Positions 51,167 to 64,000 of a DNA stretch of 64,000 bases are shown piece after piece. The translations under genes were made by a program, and so were the position numbers. The notes beneath the pieces are model-generated. The model was given only the letters and a program-made list of their open reading frames with translations. It was not told the origin of the DNA and did not search any database. Each line of letters opens with the position of its first letter. Within the stretch, counting starts at the first letter, position 1. Origin of the DNA: Azolla caroliniana (Eukaryota > Plantae > Polypodiophyta); contig JBHGNT010000117.1 of the NCBI GenBank assembly GCA_043228905.1, positions 1 through 64,000 of the forward strand, written 5' to 3'.

Positions 51167-53677
51167 AGTGAAGAACGTGCACTTGGAGAAGTACGCTGAT
51201 TGTCTGGCCGGTAAGCAAAACCGGACCTCCTTCTGACCAAGGCCACCGATGAGACGTAATGCACCACTAGAGTTGGTGCATACTGATGTGTGTCAAGTGG
51301 ACACAAAGTCACATGCAGGATCACAGTACTTCGTGACATTTATAGATGACCACAGCCGGAAGTTGTGGGCCACACCGTTGAAGACGAAGGATCAGGTGCT
51401 ATCTGTCTTCAAAGAACTCCACGCGAGAGTGGAAAGAGAAATCGGCCGGAAGTTGAAGGCGGTTCGAGCAGATAACGGAGCTGAATACCGGGGGCAGTTC
51501 AAGGAGTACTATCGCTCGAAGGGAATCCGGCTCGAATTTACCGTGCCGAAGACGCCGGAACTAAACGGGTTGGCCAAGATGATGAACCGGACCATAATGG
51601 AGAGGGTCCGGAGTATGTTGGCGCATGCAAAACTACCCAAGAAGTTTTGGACTGAGGAACTGTCGACGGCGACATATGTGATAAACAGATCACCCTCAGT
51701 ACCCTTGGACGGAGACACGCCACAGAGAGTCTGGACCGGTAAGGAAGTGTCCTACCGGCATCTGAAAGTATTCGGGTGTCTTGCGTACGTGCATGTTGCT
51801 AAGGACCGGAGAGGAAAGTTGGATCCAAAGACCCGACCATGCATATTCCTCGGTTATGGCGACGATGAGTTCGGCAACCAAGTCTGGGACCTCATGGCCG
51901 ATCAAGGGTACCACAAGACATAGCACGATCACTGCGTGTTTGTGAAGAAGTTCGAAGGAGGCGACTTCCTAATACTCCTTCTGTACGTGGACGACATGTT
52001 GATCGTCGGACGGAACCAAGCCAGAATACGGATGCTGAAGAAGGCTCTCAACCGAACTTTTGCGATGAAAGACTTGGGTCCGGCAAGACATATGTTGGGG
52101 ATGCATATCATCCGGGACCACTCAACGAAGCAATTGTGGCTGTCACAAGAGAAGTATGTGCTTCAGCGGTTCAACATGTCAGATGCGAAACTGGTCGGAT
52201 CGACACTTCCGGCAAACTACAGATTATCCGGTAAGCAAAGCCCGAAGATGAAAGCAGAGAAGGCTGATATGATGAAGGTTCCATATGCCTCTGCCATCGG
52301 GAGGTTAATGTACGCAATGGTATGTACCTGACCGGATATAGGATACGCAGTTGGAGTGGTGAGCCGGTTTATGAGCAATCCTGGCAAGGAGCACTGGAAC
52401 GCAGTCAAATGGATACTCCGGTACTTGAAGGGCACTTCAAATATGTGTCTCCGATTCAGCTCCGGAAAACCTCAACTTGACGGTTTTATCGATTTGGAAA
52501 TGTCGGTTGATGTGGATACCAGCCGGTCTACATCCGGGTATGTAATGACATACGCAGGGGGAGTTGTTTCATGGCAGTCGAGGCTACAGAAGACGGTTGT
52601 GTTGTCAACCACGGAGGCGAAGTACATGGCGGCTGTGGAAGCCGGCAAGGAAATATTATGGATGAAGGACTTCATCGGAGAGCTCGGTATCCGGCAAGAT
52701 GAATATCGGCTCTATTGCGACAGTCAAAGTGCCATCCACCTTTCGAAGAATGCGGCCTACCATTCCCGGACGAAGCATATCTAGCGAAGGTATCACTGGA
52801 TCCGGGAAAGAGTAGATGACCAGGAGTTCGCGCTGACGAAGATCCACACGGCCAAGAACGGGTCAGATATGCTGGCCAAAGTACTGATACCCGACAAGCT
52901 AGATGCATGCTGGAAGTGGATCGGACTAGTAAGACATCCCATGCCGGAGTGAAGGTGGAGTTTGTTAGGAAACAGGTCCCTCCGGATGGGAAGTGAGAAG
53001 ATCAGTACTGATGCGCAAACTCGCCCGAGGCCGGAACCAGATGATGAGTACCCGGATACGGAAGACCCCGGTGAGAACCAGATGACGAGTACCCGGCAAG
53101 AGCCCGATGGTGAAGACCCTGTGAGAACCGGATGTGGAGTACCCGGCAACGGAAGACCCGGTGAGGACCGGATGACGTGTGCCCGGCAAGCGCCGGATGA
53201 TGCAGGCCCGGTGAGGAGTGCTCACCGGATGAAGGGACATATTCGGAAATATGTTTCTGAGAGTCCATCGGGGCTATATTTGTAAATAGACGAAAAGTCA
53301 TATTAGTATAAATATGACTTAGGGCAAACTTTAGATATATCTGTTGTCATTCTTGTTTGTGCTAGATTTGAGAGCAACAGTGTACAGAGAGAGTGAGAGA
53401 GAGGAAGAGGTCGTTGCCTCTGTTGTAACCGCCGCCTGTGGCGAAGATAGCAAGCTCGAGGTCATTGCTTCGGTGCTCTACTATTCTAATCATTGTGATA
53501 TAGTGATAGGTTGTTGTCTGTGGGCTGCCATGGTTTTTTCCCTAGTTTGGGTTTTCCACGTTAACATCCTGTGTACTCTTCTCTTCTCTGTGTCGTGCGT
53601 CCATTACCCGTTTTCTATGTTGATTCTAGGCTTGGTTGTGGCCGAGTGTTGTTCATCGGAGCGAGTAGTTCCTGTCA
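51167..53677 (+). mobile_element. Ty1/Copia remnant (integrase, deleted RT, RNase H, 3' LTR 52963-53677)
   Basis: LELVHTDVC, RADNGAEY, LLLYVDDML, YCDSQSAIHL..HSRTKHI; PPT then TGTTAG...GTCA; LTR has about 39-bp internal repeats. Confidence 0.9.
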
Positions 53678-54186
53678 CGGTGTTCATACTACCTCCTTCC
53701 GAAGGAGTATCCTTGGGAGCCTCTGCGCTCTCTCCGTTTAATCCCGAGTGGAACGTGGGGTTGGGGGAGCACGTTCCGCATTGCAGAACTTAGATCGCTC
53801 GTTCGGACGGGGGGGGGGGGGGGGGGGGTTGGTAACAACGACAAGGAAAGCTACCCGGACAACCACACAAGGAGTGTCCTATCGGGCAATTGTGGAAAGC
53901 AAGTTCACATTCGCCGTTGTGTACCAGTTGACCTTAGCCGTTGACGTGGCGTGTGCAGTATCGGTGTTTGCTTCGAGATTTCTTTTCCATTTGGGTGGTT
54001 TGCGGTCAATATAAACAAATGAATCTATACATTGGAGGGACATTGTTGATCGAAAAACTTTGGTTCTTGTGTTTCCGTTCGTGTGGGTGTAATGCGCGAT
54101 TAGGGAGACGCACTTGTTCGTAAACACTTACAACGAAAAATTAGACAGAGACCACGAGAATAATTTGAACAAGGTTTATGTACTAT

Positions 54187-54642
54187 TTAGAAACGACGAA
54201 TACAAGCACGAGGGCGAAGATCGCACTGTTGGAGTAGGCGGCAGGCGGCGACGTCTAGAGCTCTTTCCTCGTCATCGAGCTTGAATTGGCGACGTTGTTG
54301 ACATTCGTCCTCTTGTCATCGAGACATGCGGTGGCGGTGTTCGTCACCCTCTCGTCGCTCACGCCTACTATCTCGCTCGTGCTCCTCGTCCTATTCAGAG
54401 ACTCTCTTGTTGTCTGTATAGCGGCGTCCCTCCTCAAGGAACCCCTCACAACGTCGCTCGCGCCTCTCGACATCGCACTACCCCTCTCGGCGTTGATCGC
54501 ACCTCTCCTCGTCAATGTCTCCCTCACGACGTCGATCGTGTCACTCCTCTTCACAGTCCCGCCCTACGGACAGAGCCTTGGCCGCAGTACACGCGGCGAG
54601 CATGATCACGGCCATGAGGAATACAGAAGTAAGCTTTGCCAT
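54187..54642 (-). pseudogene. 2S albumin-like copy with early TGA and internal deletion of the Cys core
   Basis: ATG at 54642; CGA>TGA at 54541; deletion near 54390. Confidence 0.85.
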
Positions 54643-54921
54643 TGTGATTATCCTTATGATCTGAGTGCTTGTCTCCTAATGCATTGTACTGACATTGCTC
54701 CCTCCACCTTTTTATATACACATGGCCATCCAATCACAACACATGCATGTCACTCACCACTCCCATTACCATAATGTGTGTGTCCTGCGTACAACTCTTG
54801 CACAAGACCCATGCCAACTAGTCCACCCTGCCACACGCCTAGGCTACTCCTAGGTGTCATATATTCCTTAGAAAATTTGGGCGCAACTTGTAACGTGTTC
54901 TCCTCCTCCTTGCGTGAGAAC
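54643..54921 (-). promoter_or_regulatory. Truncated storage-protein promoter
   Basis: TATA near 54710, CATGCATG at 54742. Confidence 0.65.
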
Positions 54922-54934
54922 ATTAGACATTTAA

Positions 54935-57543
54935 GAAGAGCAACCTACTTGGTTGGCTCAACTGATTGATGCATTCATTCTCGAGGTCTCGAGTTCAAAT
55001 ATGACCAAGACCATACAACATCGTTGATTTATATGACTATAACATATGTTTAGACTTGAGGTCTATGTGCACTTCGGGGTCCTCGTAATACAACTTAAAC
55101 AGCCGAAACCACATATGTGGGCACAGAAACATAGTTTATTGTTAACCTTTTTTTCGTGTATAAACTACTCATGACGCGAACATACATGGTGGAGCCTCGG
55201 GGAGCCACCATGAAAAAATAGATATAGAGATTAGGGAAAGACATTTATTTGTCACCCCCATGGTTTTTAAAACACCTTTGTGTTACCATAGTAACCTGAT
55301 CTTGAACCTTATCTCATACGTCTAGAGGGGTATTTACGTGAGATCATGATAGCGATTAATGTTTGCCCATGATATGTTTACATCACGACATGATGTTATG
55401 ACTATTTGTCTGACCTTCTTCTATTTCTTTGCCAAAAATAACCATTCAATGGCTCAAAATAATGACCCGATGTCATCCGCTCAAGCAGAAGGAACTCAAG
55501 GAAATCCTCCTGGACAAATGTCCATTGAGATGTATTTTTCGCAAATAACCCAATACCTTAGTTTCACCGCTTAACAGATGACCGAACTTAGGCAATCTCA
55601 AAGTGCTCTCCAGGCACGTGTCATTAGTTTACAACGTGAGACTAATAGAGCTGATGAGATTGCATATGTCGGCCGAGAACTAGGGTGTAAGGCCGCCGCC
55701 TGGTGGCATGGGCTTCGTACTTTGGGGAAATTGCCCAATACCTGGACAGATTTTGTCACAGTTCTTAGGGACCAATTTCTACAACCTCCCTCTCGAACTG
55801 AGCCAGCTCCAGCTTTAATGAACCTCTCTAGCAGGAAGTTTTCCTCGCTAGAAGACTATGTTCACCATGCTAGAACACAAATCCAAAAGTCGGGTCTAGA
55901 AGGGGACAATTGGTTAATAGCATTTTCTGTCAATGGAATCCCCAATTTAGATTATCACTGGATAGTGCACGATAAGGATCCAAAAATCCGTCGAGGAGGC
56001 CGTAGAAATAGTTCTTCGCTATCAACACACTTCGAAGAAGGACCACAACAAACCCAACGAAGTGCCCAGGACTAAGCAGTCGCAATTCGCTGGGAAACGC
56101 AAGATACCCAACGAATTCATGAATCGTGATTGTAAGCGATAACATCTTTTTTGCGTACAAATTTTGTTTCATTAAGGAAACTCACACAACTTTGTGAATG
56201 ATCGTTTGGTTAAGATATGGGGAATCCAACCCACTGTAAGTGATCACACCTATACGGTGCATGTGGCTGATGGAAGAGTACAATACATCAACGGGGCGAT
56301 TCATTCATTAGGAATTTCTATTGATACCAATATAGAGGAAGTAGACGTCCATGTAATGAATCTTTGTACCATTCATGCAATACTGGGTTATCCCTGGTTT
56401 TATAATAGAAACTCTTCTTTATCTATTGATTGGGTTCATCATCCAATAACATTTGTACTGAACGATTGTACTCATTTTATTCAATGTTTAAAAAAACAGT
56501 CCCTCTCGATTGTATCCTCTCTATCAATATCTGAGTTGTCTTGTTCTACTCTTTTTTATTGTGTACTTGATACGGACATTCATGTTTAAAATATCGATAA
56601 TGTCTCGGTCCAATTAACATATTTTGAACAACAACAACTTGATGAAATCTTAAATGATTTTCGTGATGTTTTTCCGAGTGAACTACCAGATGCGTTACCT
56701 CCTAAACGTAATATAGACCATCGTATAGATAATATAGAACAATAAGTATACCTCCTTATCGCTTAAGTCGATCCGAAGAGGATGAGGTATCTAAGCAACT
56801 CAAGGACTATTTACGAATGGGTTATATACGTTATAGTAGATCTCCATGGGGTGCACCAGTTCTCTTAGTTAAAAAGAAAGAGGGCACATGGCATATGTGT
56901 ATTAATTACCGACGCTTAAATAAAGTGACGATCAAGAATTCGTATCCATTTCCCTGGGCTGACAATCTAATTTTTGTGACCAACAAGACCTAAAAGGTCG
57001 TAAGGAAAGTATCATCAAATATTTATGATCACCTTCGAGGAAAGTATCCTGATGACAGTTATTTTGCAAAATACTAGGCAAGAATGGTGTCTGGAACAGA
57101 CACCACCACATCCTCAAACGAATACTTCCACATTGCAAACGGTCTGCTCTACCGTAATGGGAAGGTTTGTGTTCTAGATTTCCCTGAGATAAAAAAGAGA
57201 ATTCTTTTTTAATGCCATGATGCACCCTCAGCAGGGCACCTTGGAATACATCGTACACTCATTCTCATCTCCACTCAATTCTATTGGCCCAAGATGCGTC
57301 CTGACATACATAATTATGTGACTAAATGTTACCATTGTCAGGTTAAAAAAGCCGAGCGACTTAAAGCCGTTGGACTTTTACATCCTTTGGACATTCCCAA
57401 TAATAAGTGGGAAAGTATATCCTTGGATTTTATTGTTAGTCTTCCTCGCACCCAAAAAGGCCATGATGCCATCTGGGTTGTGGTTGATAGACTAACTAGA
57501 ATGGCCAGATTTATTGCTACTAAAACCACGGTAACAGCTCCTG
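54935..57543 (+). mobile_element. LTR-less, multiply deleted chromovirus internal fragment
   Basis: Leader, gag, protease, RT start and integrase start homologous to 696-7272. Confidence 0.88.
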
Positions 57544-57545
57544 AA

Positions 57546-60218
57546 TGTTAATCCTTAGGGCCGGACAATGGCCTAACACAGGGTGTCTACGGAAGACACT
57601 TCACCAAAGGGGTGTTACGGCGAGATAACTTAAGACACAACGATTAAGCCGACTTAATTGCCCACTTAAGCAATACGACATTCACTTAATACACGCGTAA
57701 GATATAACAATTAATTCAAAACGGTAATCAATACGTAAAGATAAAACAAGAAGCTTATATTAATTCTCCATTAAAGTTTTACATTGTAACCGGGCCTTTA
57801 TATAGGTCACCGGTGCTGCGTACAAAACGGTGCCAACCGGCACCTATTCGGAACCGGTCTGGATCCGGATCGGCATACCGATTCCTTTCCGTCCGTTCAC
57901 TACGTAATTATAATTTATTCTACTTAATTAAAATAGATTCCGAATAACAATCCCGTTCACATTCTGGTCTTTAACTCCTTTGCCGACCGGGTAACATATG
58001 GCACGCCCATGGGATAGTACCTTGTACGTCGAATCCCACTATCCATCCCTTAGCCGTCGTCCAAGATATCTAGAATACTCTGCCCCAGGGTGTCCAATGG
58101 TTCTTCGGAACTTTGTTGTTGTTGTTGTGGCTGTGGTTGTTGTTGCTGTTGTGGCTGTTGCAGCTGCTGTGTCTGTTCGGCTCATGGTACCGACGGTTGT
58201 GGTGGTGATTCCTCCGTTAGCTGCGCCGCCGGATTTGACTCCAGTTGACTCGCCCCGGCCTTGTCTCCGTCCGGTCCTTGCTCCGGTGATGGCTCCTCAT
58301 CGCCGAGGTTGACGGTCGCCGCCTGCTTTGCTTCTTCTCTCTGTAGCTTGGTCCGCTTCATAGCGTTCAAACTGGATTTGAGCATCCAATCGATCATCGT
58401 CCAGCTGTGCTACCAGTTGTCAGACCACTGTTGACTGTTCCTCCGCCAGAGTTACAAAATCTTCTACTAACTCATCTCTTACGGCGGTGAAGTCCTCTTT
58501 TGTTAGCATGTAGTAGTCATCACCATCCTTCTGTGGGTTTTCCGCGACCGCCCTTAGCTACTGGAGCTCGGCTATATGCTTTGCCCATTTGTCCCACCAT
58601 TGCGCGGAGCTTTCGTCAATCAAGCGTTTGGTCTTGTTCCTCCATGCCTGGACAATGAACTGGATCCGTTCCAATCCCATCTTCGATTTGTCCTCCGTGG
58701 TTTGTCGTTCGTCCTTCAATTGCTTGATCAATGCCACCGTATCCACCTCCTGCTCCCGGTAATGTGACAATTGGTTTTGATAGGTGTTCTGCAACATCTG
58801 CAATACCATTTTCACTCTTTCCTTCTCTTCATAATGCTGCTTAGGGAGCTCCATACGTTCTTGCACGGCTTCCTCCAGCAGCGTGGTTCTTTCAGCCCGT
58901 TCCTCCGCTAGCACCGTCTCAGCTCGATGCACCTCCTACTGGAGGTCTGCCATCTTCTCCTGTTGTTTCTTATGCTCTGTATTCAGGTGCTTGTAGTCCC
59001 AGTGCAGGTGCTCAAAATCATCGGTCTTCTGCTTTAGCTTTTGGTTGAGTTGCTGGCGAGCGCGGTCTTCCCGATCCTTCTGTTGACAGAGTTCTTCTTT
59101 AAGTCTTTCGATCTCTATTTCCGCCATCCATCGCAGCGCCTTCTCTTTCTCCTCCTTCAACCGGTCATATGCCTCATGTCCTTTCCGCAGATTCTCTTCT
59201 GCCCGATGGAGGTTCTCAGCAGTCTTTCTTTGCTCTTCTTCTGCCGCTTTCTTCAAGTCCCGCTCTCGGGTGCGTAATGCTTCGTGTGCGGCCAGTTCAT
59301 CTCTCAATTTAGCAAGCTCTTTTGCTTGCGTCGTCGCTATCTCCGAGACTGGTTCCGTCTCTGGGGTCTTATTGCTATGTACAGGTGCCGGTGTTTCTTT
59401 ATTCTGTACATCTACCGGTGTCACCGGTGCTTGGATCGGTGGTCCGGTTAAGGCCATTTTGGCCAATTCTTTTGTGGCCAGGTCCAAGTCTTGTTCTAAG
59501 TTCCGGATCCTTGACCGGGCTGTGACGAGCAACCGGTCCATCTGCGCTTTCTCTTCCGCCTCTATGTAGTGTACCACTCCGGCAATCTGTTCTCCAATCC
59601 ACCAGAGCCATTGGCTGTCGGTGCCCTGTTGTTGCGTCTACCCGGAGGGTTGGCTGTTGGTGTCGCTGGCCAGTGGTCGGTTTTGTCTGGTTGTAACTCT
59701 GGCTCTTGTTGGGGACCACTTTGCCGTTCTAGTTCTGGTTCTGGTTGCGGCTCCGTTGGCCGCTCCGCCTCTGAATGCTCTTGGCTTGTCGGTGGGGTAG
59801 GCAACTGTACTTCCAGCGCTTGCATTTCGAGTCTTGTCATATCCTAACCCGCAGATAGAGGTTGTGCCACGGTGTTGTCTCGTAGTGCTTTGGCTTCCAC
59901 CCATTTTGTGCAATAATCCATAGTTACTATTACGTATCGGTTGCCGGTTCTCATTGCTAGTGGTTTGAATGGACTAACAAAATCCAGCCCCCATTTCTGA
60001 AATGGTTCTAACAGTAGCACGGGCTGGTGAGGCATTCTGGCTTGTTGGGTTGGTTGGCCCATTCGCTGACATAGGTCGCATTCTTTAGCGTACCAGACTA
60101 CATCCTTCAATGTTTTCGGCCACCATAGTCCACTCTGCCATATTTTCCTTGCCGTAGCGTCTCCAGCATAATGTCCTCCAGCCACTCCGCAGTGTGTTTC
60201 GCGCAATATTATTTCCTT
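57546..60218 (-). mobile_element. Non-chromovirus Gypsy remnant: integrase fragment, extra coiled-coil ORF, probable 3' LTR 57546-57996
   Basis: [36 protein letters not shown]; LTR-like TGTTA...TAACA; long E/K/Q-rich reading frame 58182-59840 broken by stops. Confidence 0.75.
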
Positions 60219-60372
60219 TTCGTTCCTGCAACACTGTTCTGAGGGTCTTGAGTATCGAGTGTTTTCGATCCATGGGGAGCGACGTCCTTGTTCACCTTCC
60301 TCTCTTTCGGCGGGGATTCGTTCGATGTTCCTGCAACACTGTTCTGAGGGTCTTGAGTATTGATTGTTTTCC
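60219..60372 (-). pseudogene. Two short duplicated albumin fragments (PSEQCC region)
   Basis: CGTTCCTGCAACACTGTTCTGAGGGTCTTGAGTAT occurs twice with one mismatch. Confidence 0.75.
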
Positions 60373-60708
60373 TTAGAAACTATATTTTTATCATTATACT
60401 TTTACATGTAAATTCTCATACATGAGAGCTTAGATGATGACATGGCAAGCATGCATTATGTGTATGTCTTGCACCCTCACATGCACCATATGCATGGGGG
60501 CATCTATAAAAGAGTGGAGGAATCAAGCAAATGAAACTAATGAAAAATTTGGGAAAAATAAGAAACTTGTAATCCTATTGTTGATGTATCTTCTCTCTTA
60601 AATCTAAAAGTTAAAAGTTCAACCTTTATCTGAATATCTCTCTTTCATCATATCAATCTCTCTCAATCTATCTTAAATACTTTCTCTCTAAAGTTAGTGC
60701 AAACTTCA
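60373..60708 (+). mobile_element. Probable LTR fragment of an unrelated family
   Basis: CTATAAAAG, TTGTAA and a CT-rich U5-like tract ending CA where the LINE frame is cut. Confidence 0.4.
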
Positions 60709-63700
60709 ATTCCTTCCGATCCAGGACCCCGGTGGTTCTGCCTCACGATCCACACATAGTGACGGATCTTCACAACAGCGGAAACAACCAACGAGGTGGA
60801 ACATAATTCCACTTAACATCATCACCTGCATCCAACATAATAGGAATAGATGCCTAGTCTCTACGAATTCTCCTTCTTTTCGGTTAGCTTTATTTCCATA
60901 ACCCTTACAACTATTATACTCACCTTTTATTGTATGTATCAATAATTCCCAAAAGGTCTTAACCTGATCCACAACATGAATTTGTTCATCTTTATATAGT
61001 TTGGAACAACTCGCTTTCCACGAAACCCATAGGGCCAAAGAGGAAACAATCTACCAAATATAACACCGCGAGAAGAACTTGATTCCCGATACGAAGGTTG
61101 AAATAGAATACACCTGAAAACTTTTTACATGTAAAGTCAATGAAGAATTATGATAATGATAAAAAGCCTTTTGTTGACCCAACGTTCCCCAAAATACTGC
61201 ACCCCACTTGAAAATGGTTGACCTATACTTACGACCTAATAACCTAGGAATTCGAAATCAAAAACTTTTGGCCGCAACACACTCCCAAAAAACATGATGC
61301 AATGTCTCAATTGCAAACCCACACATAACACATGATCTATCAGGCATTGTTCCCCTCAATAAACCTCGTACTGGCAAGGCATAATGAATAATTTACCATC
61401 AAAAATGTAATACCTTATTCATACACCTGAGTGACCAAAATTGTTTCCAAAACATCAACATATGCGAGGATGACACATTACCTTCCTCCTAATAGTTTTT
61501 CCCCGCAAGTACCGATTCAATCTGCTTCGAAAGAAAATTCCTTCCAAACGCCACAAAATATGTGAAGAATGGGAGGACCTCGTTTGCGAAGTGTCGGATC
61601 TGGACAACTTCCAACCATAATCAGACGGATCCCAATGCAAATCAGCAATTGGCCTAGATTGTGAAACCCAAATATGAGATGAATATTTAGCAATTAAAGG
61701 ATTAGGATCTATAAAGATCTTTTTATCTAATCGAGCAATTACTCACACTGGTAACTTATTTGTAGAAGACATAATTGGAGCCTCCTCCTCCACTAAAAAC
61801 AGCCTACCATTATCCAAAACTTCATAAAAATAAAGGTTGCCATTTTGACGGTATAAATGAGCTCCTATAAGTATGATAAGAGTCAAAAACATACCATACC
61901 AATTCTGAAAATGATCAAACTGCATAGTTGGCATTGTTATCTGAAATACCGTCGACACTTGAGAGAACATAATATTTGCCCCTCTGAAATTAGACAACGT
62001 ATTCCTCTGGTCCTGTGTTGTTGTCTCCGAAAACTTTAGCCACTCCTCAACCATATGGGCAGGGCCACTATCCAATGCCACCCAAGATAACCTAGGCCGT
62101 AAACCCAAAACACATGCAGCTTCATCAGTAAATAAAGGATTCCATAACAATGGTTGACGCATGAATTGAGAATAAGTTTTTGGTGGCAAGAAAACAAGTG
62201 CTTGACGAATACTTTCCCATGCATGACTAATTCCATTAAAGAAACGTAAAGACCCAACATTCAACTTAGTTAAAGGAAAATCCGAATTAAAGAACCATCT
62301 AAGACTATCCCTCCATTGACCACCTACCAATGGCTTAAACTTATGTAAATGCAGAATCCATAACTTTTTCCATAACTCCTCTCTAGGAAATAAACTCCTA
62401 ACAACATGTTTAGCCAGTAATACCTTACTTTGCATTAAGGGATCAATCAAAGCTAAACCTCCTTTCTGTTTAGAATGTATAAGAACCAACCAAGCGACCT
62501 TTGCTACAGGAGTGTGTGAACTAGCATTACCCCAAATAAAATTTCTTACTAGACGTTGAACCTTAAGCATTACTAACCTAGAAAACAACCATGTAGATGC
62601 AATATACCAAATCGAGGACAAAAGCACCGAATTTGCAACAACTACATGTCCTACTAAGGACAACTTTTCCTTATTCCAGTATATTAACTTATTTCTTAAT
62701 CTTAACAACAAGGGCGTTATCATATCTTCTGCATTTAATCCCAAACCCATTCTACATCCTAGATACCTAATAGAATGACATGTATGTATCCATGTAAATC
62801 CTGGACTAAATACATTAATTGGCGGATCTCCCTTAGCCACCCAAAAACCTGATGATTTATCCCAATTAATCAATGCACCTGATCCATGTGAGAAGTCATC
62901 CACAGCTTTTTGAACCTGCAACAAATTAACTTGTGAGGCTTGAACATAGAGAGTTGTATCATTAGCAAACTCACTATCCACGCCAACATCTGCAAATGAT
63001 AGTGCTAAACCTTTGATATTTACATTATGAGAATTTAAATGTATAGAAAACGCTTCAGAAATTAGTAGAAACAGAAAAGGAGCAAGTGGACATCCTTGTC
63101 TTACATATCTTGAAATGGAGAAACGCCTACCAACATCCCCTACAAATAGAAGAGAGTTGTGTGCATTACAATATAATGTTGAAACTCCTCGGATCCATCT
63201 GTTTGGAAAGCCCATCCTGAGCAAAGTACCCTCCATAAAATCCCAATCCACTCATTCATAAGCTTTCTCAAAATCAAGAAATAACACTGCCAAATCTTGC
63301 TTATGTACTTCGGCAAAGGCAACCATTTCCCAAAAAAGAATAATATTATAAAAAATACTCCGTTCTTGCATAAAACCAATTTGGGAAACATGAATTAAGT
63401 CAGAAAGATAAGGTTGTAGACGTCTAGCTATTGTTTTTGCTAATATCTTATAGATAACATTGAACAAAGTAATTGGTCTCCAATTTTGAAGCTCCTCTAA
63501 CTGACCACTTGATTTGGGAATCATATATATTAACCCCTCATTCTAATCTTGTGGCATATTTCCAGAATGTAAAATCTGTTGATAAGCTTTGGTCAGTCCC
63601 TCACCTATCAGATCCCAATACTTTATATACCATTGAGCCCCCAACCCATCCAATCTAGGACAAACATCCTTTGTTAGGGTCTTTGCCGCTTTCAGAGTCT

Positions 63701-64000
63701 CTTGATGGCTTAATGGTTTCAAAAGACATTCTGAAAGTTGTATAGATACTCTACTTTGAATCCTTGACCATACAATATCCCATTTAAACAAATCATCTCT
63801 AGAAGGATCTAGCCTTTAGCAAATTTTCATAATAATTCGAGGCTATTTGACGCATATGACTAGGATCAGTGGTATAAGAGACATCATGACATTTTAAACA
63901 AGAAATCGTAGTCGGCTTATGATGATTATGCATTGCAAAGAACGGTTTATTGACTTTATCCCCCGACTCTCCCCATTTAGAAAGTATATTATGATAAGTA
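60709..64000 (-). mobile_element. Degenerate LINE (L1/Tx1-like) ORF2: reverse transcriptase and C-terminal zinc finger
   Basis: NWRPITLFNVIYKILAK, LDFEKAY, VRQGCPLAPFLF, EFANDT, YLG, KGGLALID; several stops; runs off the window. Confidence 0.92.

Noticed and set aside
53809-53828. 20-nt poly-G run as a functional G-quadruplex
   Set aside because: Only 4-6 G in sibling units; slippage or a homopolymer error is more likely.
60440-60530. Plus-strand storage-gene promoter (CATGCA motifs plus TATAAAAG)
   Set aside because: No ORF follows, and the context looks more like an LTR fragment.

Overview
Eukaryotic plant DNA. The transposon families and the storage gene suggest a fern or other seed-free plant, but this is inference. 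The backbone is a decaying tandem array (unit about 1.65 kb, minus strand) of an intronless Arg/Glu-rich 2S-albumin-like storage protein gene with a TATA/RY/G-box promoter. About ten copies or remnants are present. Only one ORF (9880-10665) is intact, and it has lost its promoter. The array is invaded by nested transposons: many copies of one Ty3/Gypsy chromovirus, a tRNA-Trp-primed Gypsy, a probably self-priming Tf1-like Gypsy with a tRNA-like LTR segment, a non-chromovirus Gypsy with an extra ORF, two Copia remnants and a LINE. The most unusual part is a 21-kb block (10668-31882) with two divergent Sola2-like DDE transposons. Each has convergent accessory genes (RING protein, FCP1-like phosphatase domain, acidic repeat protein) and introns filled with its own short palindromic motif (GTAC-type in A, TAGCTAATTAGCTA in B), plus one telo-box intron. 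All assignments come from manual motif reading; no searches were run.
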